NCBI RefSeq assembly: GCF_009914755.1
Contig: NC_060932.1
Length of the DNA: 64,000 nucleotides
DNA from: the human T2T-CHM13v2.0 reference genome, Homo sapiens
Direction: 5' to 3' (one strand)
Program-made: the position numbers and the translations under genes
The notes under the pieces: generated by a model
What the model was told of the DNA's origin: nothing
Databases searched by the model: none
Seen by the model: only the letters and a program-made list of their open reading frames with translations
In this document: one piece after another, positions 43,582 to 58,032 of the stretch
Position numbering within the stretch: the stretch's first letter is position 1
Layout of the letters: the number at the start of each line of letters is the position of its first letter

Positions 43582-44813
43582 GTTTAGACAATCAACAAAA
43601 CAATAAATCAAGCTGTGATCTGTGAAGTTTGCATTTTTTTTTTTTGTGGTATAAATACTCCCACCATGGTCAATTTCAAGTTGTCAGTATTATGGAAAGA
43701 GATGTGCTGAGCACATTTTTATATAGCATTTCTACCAATTACATAGCATTTCTACCAAACAGCCACAATGGACGTAAAAAACACTCAAGCACATAGGAAC
43801 AAGTAAAATAATTAGGAATTGATGAGTTTGAAGCATTTATTGTTTGTTTTTAATATAACATTTAATTGTAGGTTTATATAGCTTAATTTTGAGTTAAGGC
43901 TGTGTTTATCAACTGGCTCAGAAAATTCCTGGAAATTTTACAACTGGTTCTCAGGAGCCAGGATGAGATTGCTCCAGAACACCACTGAATTGAGTTATCA
44001 AAATGGATAAATGTCACAAAAGTGTGCTGGTGAAAGGAAAATCTGGCTAAGGAGATCACAAAGCATTGCAAATCTTATCTTCCTTCAAATCCAAATAGTG
44101 CATGCCAAATTGATCAGTTTGTGGGAATTCAGAAAGCTAAATGGCAGAAAAATATCACTGGCTGAAAATAAGTTTTCTGTAACATTAGAAATGTTGAAGT
44201 AAAAATAACAGAGGAATTAAGAACATGGGCCTTGGGGTCAGACAGCTCAACATTTGATTCCTAACTGTGTATTTCACTACTTGAACAACTGAACAAGGAT
44301 CTTAATCATTTTGAAATTATCCATATATCTATAAATGAGGATGCTGGCATCTACCTTCCTGGTTTCCTATAATAAAAAATGGACACAAGGTTGCCATTGA
44401 CAAAGTGTATACCACAAAAAAACTGGTTTTGTGAAATGTCAATACGTATTAATTTGGGGGAAATTCTGGTTAAGTAGGTTAGAAAATTGGAATTTTTCAG
44501 CGTACTTAAGTAGCTAAGAAATGAATATAATAAGGAAAACCCTTGAAATGTATTTGTACCTTGATCTCAATTTGTAACAGGTATCTTCATGGCTTATTTA
44601 TTGTATTCCAAGGAAAACACAGATAAATATTTACAAAGTACTCGGCATAGGTCTGGCATGTGATTATGTGCTCAAGAAAGGGGAACAACAATAATATAAT
44701 TACTAAAAATATGATAAAATATGAATTGTATGTAACCAAGGTATGGTGTGTGGTCCACTGGAGAAAATAAAAGCTTCATGCACAAGCAGATAGTCAATTC
44801 ATGCACAAAGACA

Positions 44814-44985
44814 TTTTTTATTTTTTATTTTTTTTACATGGGTTCTCACTCTGTTGCCCTGGCTGGAGTGTAGTGGTGCAATCATGGCTCATTGTATCTT
44901 TGATCTCCTAGACTCAAAGGATGCCCCTGCCTTGGCTTCCCAAAGTACTGGGATTATAGGTGGTGCGAGCCACCTCACCCTGTCC
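44814..44985 (-). mobile_element. Alu monomer (FRAM/FAM-like)
   Basis: Single arm with tail; TSD CACAA(A/G)GA(C/A)ATT. Confidence 0.8.
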
Positions 44986-47436
44986 ACAAGGAAATTAAAG
45001 TAAAATTACATGACTCCTTCAACCAATTTTTATAGTTTCAGACAGAACGAAATCAAAATGAATTGAAAGGCTAGGACAATTAGCCAGATAAACACTGGAA
45101 GCAGAAGCCAAAGCTAGAAGAAACCCAGGATGAATCAAGGGAAGATTCCTTTTAAAATCCATTAAAAAGGAAAAGAGCCTTGATTTAAAATGAAGAACAA
45201 ATGAAAGACTCCTGTCTTCTTAGGATGTCCCAGTCAAATTATTAAGAAAGATGAATGAAAAAAATGAATAGTTACCTGAGACTAAAAAGTATGGATCAAG
45301 CTAGGAAAAGCCCCAGAGTCCTAGGAAGTTTCAGTAGCATGATAAACAGCATTGGTGGGCTGGGACAAACCTCAAGAGACAGAGACAGAAAGCAGAGCAA
45401 AAGCAGCGTGGAAAGAAGAAAACTTGCTTGAAGGAAACCAGTTTGGTATAAACTGATTTGTTCCCAGTGAATTAACAAACAAACACATGAATGAATGGGA
45501 TTATAATTACAAGGGGAGGGACCTTCTGCGAAAACTGATCAAAAGAAGGGGACAATTTGAAGAGGGGCTGGTTATGACCTTTTTGTGGGAGAAGCACTTC
45601 AATGTTCCAGTACACAGAGAGATCACAATTGGAGTCTGCAGCTTGGGCTCTCAAATGGAGGCCTATTAAAAAAGACTTGGCTTTTCCAGAACCAGAGGCA
45701 AGAAATAAACAATTGCCTGGTGTTTATGCAGTTTGGACATGCAAAATTCAGACTTCAGACTTACGTGTTAAGACCTGCCAGGTGATCTGAGGCCTATCTT
45801 TGGAGGTACATGAAATATAACCTGTTCCAGGACAATACTGTAAAAGAGCATTGAAAATAATAATTTTTAAAAAAGCTGATTAGGCATATATATGATATGG
45901 TGATGACCAATTCTGGAGAAGTCGGTGTACAAACTAGGAGTACGGGCAATAATTGAGTCTAACTTCCACCATCTGGAATTGCCCTTGGAACTTTATCAGC
46001 AGACCCTGGCCAGTACTAAATCTAGGAAGACTCTGTTTGAGGATATCAGATTACATCTTTCACCCTTCACCTAGATTCAAGAAACTATATAATAATCCTC
46101 CCGATTCCTTAGCAAAACCTTAAGGAACAAACAAACAAACAAAAAGCAATGCTTTTTTAGAAGAATGTATCACCATTAATTCACAATTCTGGAAATGTGA
46201 ATTAATGAATTCTGGAAATGATTCTGCTAACCCAAGAATCAAAATTATTATGTTTTATCCTTCTGAGGCATTCCTTTAATCTGTAGTTCAGGATTTCCTT
46301 CTGACCTTGTCACTTAAATTGAAATGTAAGACATTTTGATGCTTAGATAATCTTTCCAAATAAAGATCTAGTGAGCACTGACCTTTATGGAGTATGCACC
46401 ATCAGCACTACGGTGCCCAGGCTAAAATGCTTTGAAAGAAGGGCCGAGGCGGCCGATTGTTCTTATTTCAGTTGATCAAGGGCATTTGTGGTATCTCCTC
46501 AATTCAAAGACTTTTGACATTTTAAAATTCACAACACAATTGCTTCCGAAGTAAGAATTACTTCATTACACATCCTCTTAGTCCTTCAGGCATGGATTCT
46601 TTTTTAAACCTCTCTACCACATGGCCTTGCTCCTGCCAAGGACGCCATCTTGCCCCTGGCATTCAGCGCTGACCCAGTCTGACAGAAGCAGGGCAAGCTG
46701 AAAATAGCAGCAACAAAAGCAGCCAGGCTTGCCTGCTGCTCTAGGGATGCTTTTGCATGTCTTTTTCTTGTTTTTTAAATGGTGCAATGAAGCTTTATTA
46801 CAAGTCTAAAGAGTGAACTTCTGATACAGCTAAGCAGATATTCTATATATGAAATACACGCACACACAATTGTATATATGATTGATACTTAACAATATAA
46901 ATGCATTTATTTTTCTAGTTCCATATCCTGAACTCTCAGCACATATTTTGCACTTAGGCAGGGAATAACTGGTTGCCCTTTTGCTCTGCTGCAATTGTTC
47001 TTTCCTTGGACCACTTTGCACCTCAAGTGTCTGGCGTATGGCAATAATTCAATACATGTTTACTAAATACCATAATTAGTATATATTTTCAGGATAGCCA
47101 ACTATACTGCTATAGCAAGTGACTCAAGTGTTTATTTCTTGCTTGTGCTTTATGCCCTTCAGGGTCAGCTTCAGCTGTGGTTCTCTTCATGTCACTTCTT
47201 TCATTGGCCAGAGCAAGTCACATGTATAAGCCTGACATCAATAGGTTGGGAAAGTATAATCTGCTTCCAGGGAAGGATAGCACATATTACAAATACTTCT
47301 CTTCAGTGCCCACATACAGAACACACTTACCTACCCCCATTAGGAGATAACCCTATTATTCATGGCACCAAGCTCAATGAAGAGTGGGGTTTTGTGATGG
47401 TCTTTACATTGGTCTAGAGACCTGTGAATAAATTTT

Positions 47437-47850
47437 AGTGTTAGACTGTTCTTGCATTGCTATTAAAAAATACCTGAGACTGGGTAATTTGTAAGAAAAG
47501 ATGTTTAGTTTGTTCCCGGTTCTGCAGGCTGTACAGGAAGCATAGTGGCATCTACTTCAGGGAGGCCTCAGGAAGCTTCCAGTCATGGCAGAAGGCAAAG
47601 GGGGAGCAGTCACATCACCTGGCAAAAGTGGGAGCAAGAAAGACAGGGAAGGTGCCACACACTTTTAAACAGCCAGATCTCACAAGAACTCACTCCCTAT
47701 CATGAGAACAGCACCAAGGAGATGGCGTTAAGCCATTCGTGATAAATCCACTCCCATGATCCAATCACCTCCAACCAGGCCCCACGTCTAACACTGAGGA
47801 TTACAATTCAACATGAGATTTCGGTGGGGACACATATCCAAACTATATCC
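47437..47850 (-). mobile_element. MSTA MaLR solo LTR
   Basis: TACCTGAGACTGGGTAATTT, GGCTGTACAGGAAGCAT, CCCATGATCCAATCACCTCC, ATCCAAACTATATC. Confidence 0.9.
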
Positions 47851-48893
47851 GTTATTAACTCCATGCACATCCAATATACAGTGACTGAGCAGGCTCAGGA
47901 TAAATGCAGTAAGTATTTGCATTTGGAAGAGGGAAGACCAGGACATACAATAGTCATGGCCTGTAAAAGTTTGAAATCCCACTGGGAAGTTGTAAGAGGC
48001 CACTGTTTCCCTGAGGCTGGGGGATGTTCCTTGATAATTCTCTGAACTCACCCCCAGCAATGCCTGTACAGTTCGTTCTTCTCCATAGGGCTTAGCTTTG
48101 CCCTCTGAGAAGCCTTCCTTTTCCATTATCCTCTTTGGCTACATCTGAAAAGAATGTTGGAGATCATGGTCTCATTGGGAGCCAAGGTGCAGTCCCAGGC
48201 TGCTTTTCACTCAGGAAAGTTTAGGGGCCCAAGCCTCAAGAAGCCACAGTCTCTTTTAGTCCCTGCTGGGTTTTATCAACATAATCACTCACTCAGAAAC
48301 ATACTTGGCTTCTTATCTATTTGATTCCATCAATTCTTTTTGCCAATAGATATGTCTTTCTCTTTGCAACTTATGAGGGTCCATTAATCCTTACAACTAA
48401 TGTATTAACTAGAAAGTGTTTGAATATAACTGCCCCTTAACAAACAGAAAAATTGAAATAAAGAAAACAAAAGAAGTGCACAAAATATTTCAGGAAAACA
48501 ATGGCAGGACCTTGTCTTCAATTGCACCATTAAGACCTCGATTTTACATTTAACCCACTCTTTTTCCATCATGCTTTTGCATGGGTACATTTACTACATA
48601 ATAAACCTAGGGAGAGATGTTTCTGTTGCAATTGCAATTATATTACAGAAGCAGAGTATACAATATACAGCAAGACCCTTAGTTCACTATGCACATCCAG
48701 AACCTGAATTTAATGGACCACAGTTGGTGAACAATTAGAATTAGAACTGAAGATAATAGTATCCATAAAACAGTCCTCAGTGTTTACTTGAAACTTCAGT
48801 TTGTTGTTGTGATCAACCAGTATTTTAATTCATTGATTTTATTTTTATTTTTTTTTCTACTGGCAATCGCAATTTAAGAAATTACATACATAC

Positions 48894-49328
48894 TATATCA
48901 GTCAGGGTTCTCTAGAAGGACAGAACTAATAGGATAAATATATATATAAAGGGGAGTTTATTAAGAAGTATTAACTCATGTGATCATAAGGTCCCACAAT
49001 AGTCTGTCTGCAAGCAGAGGAGCAAGGAAGCCAGTCAGAGTCCCAAAGCTGAAGAACTTGGAGTTTGATGTTCAAGGGCAGGAAGCAGCCAGCATGGGGG
49101 AAAGATGTAGGCTGGGAGGCTAAGCCAGTCTAGTCTTTTCACGTTCTTCTGCCTGCTTTTTATTCTGGCTGCACTGGCAGCTGATTAGATGGCGCCCACC
49201 CAGATTAAGGGTGGGTCTGCCTTTCCCAGCCCACTGACTGGAATGTTAATCTCTTCATAGACACACCCAGGGTCAATACTTTGCATCCTTCAATCAAATC
49301 AAGTTGACACTCAGTATTAACCATCACA
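48894..49328 (-). mobile_element. MLT2A (HERV-L) solo LTR
   Basis: AGTCAGGGTTCTCTAGAAGGACAGAACTAATAGGAT...AAGTTGACACTCAGTATTAACCATCACA. Confidence 0.92.
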
Positions 49329-49692
49329 AATATGTATACTGAACATGGAGTTTAGAGAGATCCTATGAATTTTGAGCACAAAGTTTACAACGAAGCCAAA
49401 ATATAGATGAAATTGGTTCAAAAAATAACAACAGATGTGGCTCACCCACTTTCAGTTTTGTGCTATCAGTTGTTAGAAGCAACTAGGATCAAATAGATAA
49501 GAACCTGTTTCGCCAGATAATTTGTCTTACATAGGTTGACCCAGCCAAAAATAAAAACATACAGCATAACAATAATTGGAGAGGGAGTTTTTTATGTATA
49601 ATATTTCAAAAATCTCATATTTCTGTTATTTTCAGATTCTACTTGGAGTGAAGAGCACAGAATATCTAAAGTGTGGGAGTGTATTAATAAAT

Positions 49693-50010
49693 GGCCAGGC
49701 ACAGTAGCTCACACCTGTAATCCTTGCACTTTGGGAGACTGAGGCAGGCAGATCACCTGAGGTCAGGAGTTCGAGACCAGACTGGCCAACATGGTGAAAC
49801 CTCATCTCTACTAAAAATACAAAAAAAAAAAAAATTAGCTGGCGGTGGTGGTGGGTGCCTATAATCCCAGCTACTTGGGAGGCTGAGGCAGGAGAATCAC
49901 TTGAACCCGGGAGGCAGAGGTTGCAGTGAGCCTAGATTGCACCACTGCACTCTAGCCCAGGTGACAAGAGCAAAACTCTTATCTCAAAAATAAATAAATA
50001 AATAAATAAA
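49693..50010 (+). mobile_element. AluSq-type SINE with (TAAA)n tail
   Basis: Full length; flanking repeat AATAAATGGCCA. Confidence 0.95.
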
Positions 50011-50397
50011 TGGCCACTGAAATTTAGAGTGCATTTGAAGAATCTCTCACAAAATGTTTTCTTATCTCTAGAATGAAACTGAACTTCAACCTTTGCATAC
50101 TAATCTTTTTCTGTTATTATTGTAATTTAATTGGTTTTAATATTCAAATTATCCCTGATTCATTCAGTCATCAAAATTTAGGAGGCACCCACTATGTGAA
50201 AGTCTCGATTAGACATTCTGTAAATATTTTAACAATGAGAAGACAATAATTTCTAAATAAAGATTCCCCCAAAATAGTCTTTCACGAGTGAAGACTTAAG
50301 ACTTAATTTTTTTTTCTGAAAACATGTCACAGTCATAAGAAGACTTGATTTTTAAGAGTAAAATTAGTTGTTTATTTAATGAACCAGGGAAAAATAG

Positions 50398-50705
<308 letters not shown>

Positions 50706-51109
50706 AAATTTGGTTAATATTAAACTGACAAGGTAATGTTTAATCCTAACTTCAGGTAAAGTAGGCTTAAAATCTTATTAGAAGTATTTCATGATGTGTT
50801 TCCATGTAAGCCACCATGAATGTCTCAAAAATGCCAAATGCTGCAAAAATTATAATTCAGGTGGCTGCTCTGTTCATGTTTTTATAGTCAAATTTTCTTG
50901 TGTAATTTGGTATTCAGTGCTGGCATGATTCTTGTCTGCCTCCCCTCATTACCAAGAATAACTCAACGTTCTCTCATATTTGGCCTTCTACATTAAGACT
51001 TTCTTTTCTCAAATTTGATACAAAATACTGAAAATATTTTATCTTTACAAAAGCAAGATTTTTTAGTGGGTCTTCTTTTTCTTTCTGGAGTAAAGAACAG
51101 ATATGTTTT

Positions 51110-51451
<342 letters not shown>

Positions 51452-51730
51452 TTATTTTCACAGAACTTATATGTTGCATAATAATTCTAGATTTCCTCCC
51501 GTCACTTATCCCAGTAGATACTTTTATCATGACTTATTCCTACTGGGTTCTATTTCTCAGTCTCCTTCAACAGTGCCTGTCTAAAGTGGGGCTGATAAAC
51601 CACACTAAATTTAGGATCTGAAAAGTAGGAAATCATCTTAGGTCTTAAACACATTTGTTAAATATGCATCCGTACTCTTAATTTATATAGCACTTGGTTT
51701 TAAGTTGTCATAGAAAATGTATGTCCCCTA

Positions 51731-51968
<238 letters not shown>

Positions 51969-52056
51969 TTATTGCTAAAATTGTACCTTGCAATAAAAAA
52001 CAAGACCAAATCTATATATTGTACAAAAAATTGGACATTGACTCTGTTCAATTTGT

Positions 52057-52223
52057 AATTTGAAATTACCTGTGTGTCTCACATTTGTGTCTTGCATTGC
52101 ATTTCTACTAGACAGCACAGCTTTGGAAAGTGGTGTAAATTTCTTACTCAATATGTCTCATGTTACCTTTTATTTATTTTGCCCTTACTCATATTTCTTT
52201 TTCTTTCCTTTTCTTCCTTTCTT

Positions 52224-52256
<33 letters not shown>

Positions 52257-52377
52257 AGACAGACTCTTGCTCTGTCATCCAGGCTGGAGTACAGATGGGA
52301 TCTCAGCTCACTGCTACCTCCACCTCCTGGGTTCAAGTGATTGTCTCACTTCAGCCTCCCGAGTAGCTGGGACTACA
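52057..52377. repeat. Direct duplicate of 53731-53999 (MER33 end + linker + partial Alu)
   Basis: Both copies share the non-repeat linker CAGCACAGCTTTGGAAA(G/A)TGGTGTAAATTTCTTACTCA..TCTCATGTTACCTTTTATTTATTTTGC. Confidence 0.93.
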
Positions 52378-52847
52378 AAGTCCATTGACTTTGTATTAAA
52401 TTTCACTCCTTTGTTTAAAAGATATTTTCAAATTCTGCTCAATTCCATGAGAATTCTTGATCATTTTCTTTATACAAAAATCCTTCCATAGTCTCTGTGA
52501 TGAGAAACCAGGATTACAAAGCCATGCTCCCTGCTCTCACATTAATTTTCACAAAACTTACATATTGCCTAACACTTCTAGATTTGTGTGAACCTCTCTT
52601 CCAAATATTGTCTAATAGATACATTCATCATTAGTAAGTAAGACAATGTAGTAGTGGAGAAAGCCTCATATTATCTTGAAATACAAAGAAAGAACACATA
52701 AACAGAATCTACTAGAAAAGCAAATGTGAAACAAAGTCCTGGTTGTTTATCTTTAAAATCATATTTCAGAAGTTTGGTCGATTTTAAAGATCCCCTTCTA
52801 CATTTGAGTGAAAATCATAAAATTTTTGCCTTCAAAGGAAATCACCT

Positions 52848-53161
<314 letters not shown>

Positions 53162-53444
53162 TCACCTGTGCTTCATATATCAGAATATGATTAAATATAG
53201 CTACAGTTATTGAGAGCCAACTATATAGCTAATGCTTTGTGAATGTTATTTTTAACCTGCATGAAATTCTACAAAGGAAATATTATTATTATTTTATGGA
53301 TATGAAAACTGAGACTCGGAGGATAAGTAATTTGACAAGGTGAAGCAACACAGTCAAGCCAGTTATCCATTCTCACATCTGCTTAACACAAACCCAATGC
53401 CCTGTCCATTGTTGCAGCCCTGTACTTTCACCATGAAGTGATAG

Positions 53445-53784
53445 CACTGCAGTGTCCAGCGGGGTAGTGACTAGCCACACATGCCTATTGACTAGAAATG
53501 TGGCCAGGTCAAATCGAGACTAAAACACACGCTGGATTTGGAAGACTTAATACCAAAAAAAAGGAATGTAAAATATCACATAAATTATTTTTATGTTGAC
53601 CATATGTTGAAATAGTTGAAAATATCTTGAATAAATATTTGAAATAATATTTTGAATATATTGGATTAAGTATGTTATTAAATGAATTTTCCTTATTTCT
53701 TTTTCCCTTTTTAAAATGTGGCTATTGGAAAATTTGAAATTACCTATGTGTCTCACATTTGTGGGTTACGTTGTATTTCTACCG
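53445..53784 (-). mobile_element. MER33
   Basis: ACTAGCCACACATGCCTATTGA...AATGTGGCTATTGGAAAATTTGAAATTAC. Confidence 0.85.
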
Positions 53785-53864
53785 GGCAGCACAGCTTTGG
53801 AAAATGGTGTAAATTTCTTACTCAGTATATCTCATGTTACCTTTTATTTATTTTGCTTTTACTC

Positions 53865-54158
53865 TTTTTTTTTTTTTAAGACAGACTTTTGCTCTGTCAC
53901 CCAGGCTGGAGTACAGGTGTGATCTCAGCTCACTGTAACCTCCGCTTCCTGGGTTCAAGTGATTCTCCTAACTCAGCCTCCCAAGTAGCTAGGACTACAG
54001 GACACACCACCAGACTCAGCTAATTTTTGTATTTTTAGTAGAGACGGGGTTTTTTGCCTTTTTGGCCAGGCTGGTCTGGAACTCCTGGCCTCAAGTGATC
54101 TGCCTGCCTCAGCCTTCCAAAGTGCTGGGATTACAGGCGTGAATCAATGTGCCCGGTC
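53865..54158 (-). mobile_element. Alu (S/J-type)
   Basis: Full antisense Alu. Confidence 0.93.
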
Positions 54159-54850
54159 TCATTTTTTTTCTTAAAGACTGTAAAGCTACATGTGTGGTCA
54201 TTACCTAGCTGCAGAAAACTTTTATTGGATTCACTAGCAATGTCTTTCTCCCTGAAGACTCGAATCAGAGGATTTGTAACTTGCTGAGTGCTTGAAAGGC
54301 TTTTGGCTACTACAGAATTTCATTGCTGCCTGAATAGAATTTAAGTGCTTTCAAACAAGGGCCAATTCTCGCTTTCTGTTTTATATTATTTCCACAGTTG
54401 TCAAATGTATTGGGAGATAGTTAATGAGCATTTTATTGCCTTTTAAAATCAGTTGGTACAGATGGGTTGAGTAGGACGGGAGCTGAAGGCTCAAAGCAAA
54501 ACACTATCCCATCTCCTTTTCAATGCCAAAGAGACATTGCAAATTATTGTCATTAAATCCCAGATTCACCAAAATTGTTTTTATTCCAGAAAAATGTTTA
54601 TTGATACCGCCCTCCTGCTTATCTCCAACACTCTCTCTATGCCCCTTGACTTCTGAGGGTGTCATTATCTACACTCTGAAGAGACACAGGTATCTGGCTA
54701 AACTCATTCAAAATCTCCCTGCCTTCCCCCTTAGTCCCAACCACTTAGGGAAACAATCTTATCAGAGTAACATTTTAAAAAGGGAAAAGAAAGGAGAAGC
54801 AAAATATATTCAGTCTAATTTAGCTTCTCTGATTTCTAGATTAGAATATA

Positions 54851-55507
54851 CAGATGCCCCTAGACTTAAGATGGGATTATACCCCAAAAAACCCATCATA
54901 AATTGAAAATATTTTAAGTCAAAAATGCATTTAATACACCTAACCTACTGAACACCATAGCTTAGCCCAACCTACCTTAATTATGCTCAGAACATTTACA
55001 TTAGCCTGCAGATGGGCAAAATCATCTAACACCAAACCTATTTAATAATAAAGTGCTGGCCAGGCACTGTGGCTCACACCTGTAATCTCAGCACTTTAAG
55101 AGACTGCGGGAGGAGGATCACTTGAAACCAGGAGTTCGAGGCCAGCCTAGGCAACATAGTGAGATCCCATCTCTACAAAAAGTAAAAAATTAGCCAAGTG
55201 TGCTGGTGTACACCTATACTGGAATCTGAGGATAATTTCTTAATCCCAAGCATTCCAGGCTACAGAGAGCTATGATGGCACCACTGCATTCTAGCCTGGG
55301 TGACAGAGTGAGACCCTGTCTCAAAAAAATTAAAAAAAAACAACAGTATTCAATATCTTATGGAATTTATTGAATACTATACTGAAAGTGAAAAACAGAA
55401 TGGTTATATGGATACCTGAAGTATGATTTCTACTAAATGCATGTTGCTTTTGTACCACCATAAAGTTGAAAAAATCATGTGGAACCATTGTAAGTCCAGA
55501 TTGTCTG
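54851..55507 (+). mobile_element. MER47A (TcMar-Tigger MITE) split by an Alu
   Basis: TA|CAGATGCCCCTAGACTTAAGATGG ... CCATTGTAAGTCCAGATTGTCTG|TA (TIRs and TA TSD). Confidence 0.88.
55058..55345 (+). mobile_element. AluJ-type SINE nested in MER47A
   Basis: GGCCAGGCACTGTGGCTCACACC...GGCAACATAGTGAGA, A tail. Confidence 0.92.
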
Positions 55508-56224
55508 TAATTAACACATATTTCTATCAATGAAGACGCTTTCAGTTGAAAATTATAGAATATAAATTGAGTACATAACAACATCACAATAAATCTTTTT
55601 ACCTTTTAGGATAATACATAGAATCTTTCCTGAGAAAATCCATTCCAGGCTATTTAATTAGGGCCAATCCTGCATCCAATCCCAAGTTACAGGGTCTGGA
55701 TTTAGCCAGACATGACCAGTCAAATTATCTCTTATTTCTGGTCACAGTAATTGGTTCTGCAATGACATCTGAAACAAGCTGAGCCAATTAGATCCTTCCT
55801 AGGATGTTTTATAAAAACTACTGGGAAAGACCATTTCTTTCTGTGAATAGGATATGCGTCTAGAGATGCTGGTGGCTATCTTTCCCACCACAGGAAGGGG
55901 CTTATCTGGAAATACAGAGTTAGCAACCTGAAAATATCATTTGATTCCGTGGATTTAACTGTGCCCAAAACCACATATGCCCTATTACATATGTCCATGT
56001 TCTCTTTTCTTTTTAAATAGGTATGAAGTGGATTCTGTTACTTTATCCCAAAAGAGTCTTGGTTGACACAAAATTGATATTCAGAGTGGAATGTCATAGG
56101 TGACAAACACCAAAACATGAAATAAACTCAACTGAGTTGCAATTGCAATGAAGCACAAAGAAGAACTTTTACCATCATTTTGGAAGATGGCAAGTCTTAT
56201 TAGGGTGTGTTTATGTCAGCTGAC

Positions 56225-56698
56225 TGTGAGCCAAAGTAGCAAATGTAGTAAATCATGTTTGCTTGTTTCTGCTTGCCAACGTAGTTTCATAAAGCCCCTG
56301 ACTCTGACAACCTGCAGCTCTTCAGAGGGATGCTTTGAAGACAAAACAGGATAGAGCATATGGCCCCCACGTCTCTTGCCTGAGTCACTATACTCTTTAA
56401 AAGATAAATGACCCTAGTTCTTGCCTTTTCCTATACATAAGATAGCATCTGTCAGGCATAGTGACTATGCCTCCATAACCAGATGTACTCTTACACCCAA
56501 ACTTTGCTATGATTTTGAACATACTGAACCCCTACTACCTGTGTATAAGCTGTGAGCTAAAGCACCATTTTGGAGGAGTCTGACAAAACCTCTCTGAAGA
56601 ATTCCTCCTGGGCTCTAGTCTTCAGTCAACAGTCCTCAGCAAGACTTCTGCATGAAACTAATTTTTTGAGAGCTCGATTTTTTTTAATTTAGTCAACA
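56225..56698 (+). mobile_element. ERV1-class solo LTR (subfamily not determined)
   Basis: TG..CA termini; GATGCTTTGAAGACAAAACAGGATAGAGCA, CTTGCCTGAGTCACTAT (AP-1 site), TATAAG. Confidence 0.65.
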
Positions 56699-57968
56699 AA
56701 CTAATTTAACAGTTACTTGTATCTTGTAACATAGGTCATATTATCACTGAGGTTAGAGCATTAGGAGACAGGAACAATATCAGGATGTTGGAGTGTGTTA
56801 ATCATTTTTTACAGCTATTAGTAAAGTTCTAAAAAAGGTAAGTATCTAAAAACAGACACATCTGGAAATAGAACCAGCATGCAGCCATGCTAAGGAAGTC
56901 CTTGTTGCTTACAGGCCAGACTTCAAAATCTCGGAGAGCCAGATAATCATGGACCCTGGGGGATTTAAGAAGCTGAATTTTCTGGCCCACGTTGTTTAAA
57001 GTTAGTATTAGCAAAGACAGGGAAGCAGGAAGCACAGAGGAAAATAAGTTTTGGACACAGGAAGGACCAAAGAATTAGCTGAGTTCTGTTTACTGAGGGC
57101 CGCCAAACACTTTGCTGAATATTCTTGGCTCCCACAAAAGAATAATTATCTCCAATATAAGGCACTATCCCATGGAATGAAGCCTGGGTATAGGATGTAG
57201 CAGAGCCCAGCCTCATTAGTGTAACCCATGGGTTTGTATTAGCAGGCCAAGGTGAATGTTAGGCTAAAGGTAAGTATAGCGGCCAGTTGAGAATTGACAG
57301 ATACAAGGTAGAGTCCAGATTCAAGTGTCACATCCTGGCCTTGGTTTCTAACCCACACAGTCTCAAGAATTCAATTTAGTCATCACTAAGATGAGACATT
57401 AAGGAAGTTGGGAGATCCAAGGAAACCCAAGGCTGGTAACCAGGCTGTTCAAACCTGAGGCCATCTCCAAGTTCCTGAACCTACAATGATAGGAATTGTT
57501 AAAACAGAATGTTCCCCAGAAGAGGAAGCTCTCAAATGCACCTCACATAAGAAACTGTGACAGGTAATAGGAAAAGGAAATCCTCTCAGGGAGTGAAACT
57601 GGAAGCAACCAGATTAGCTGGCCAAGAAACTCATTCCTTTGCCAGGGCAGGGAGTCTCTGCTTTCCCCATCCAATGGGATACGGTACATGCCACAGACGG
57701 AGACCTCTACATGTTGTTTAGCCTTCTCCCCTTTTCTAAATGGGAACTTTTGTTAAGAGTTTTGCTGGATGGGCTTATCAGTAAGCTAAAGTTGTTAAAT
57801 ATTCATTTGGACTAACCAAAATAAAATGTATATCATTCAGATATCTTGGAATTGGGTGCAGTAACTAGATGGACTTCGGGTTGTTTCAACTTGCAGAATG
57901 GATGAATGCCCTTTCAGTTTCATACTGGTCAAATGCAGGAATTTCTGAAATTGCATGCATTGAGAAAA

Positions 57969-57970
<2 letters not shown>

Positions 57971-58028
<58 letters not shown>
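57971..58028. repeat. (AT)29 microsatellite
   Basis: Perfect tract, counted directly. Confidence 0.98.

Positions 58029-58032
<4 letters not shown>

Larger units (their letters stand above)
42810..43987 (-). mobile_element. MER63-family hAT-Blackjack element
   Basis: TIRs CAGTGGTGTGCTGG / CCAGAACACCACTG; 8-bp TSD AGTTGAGC/AATTGAGT. Confidence 0.85.
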
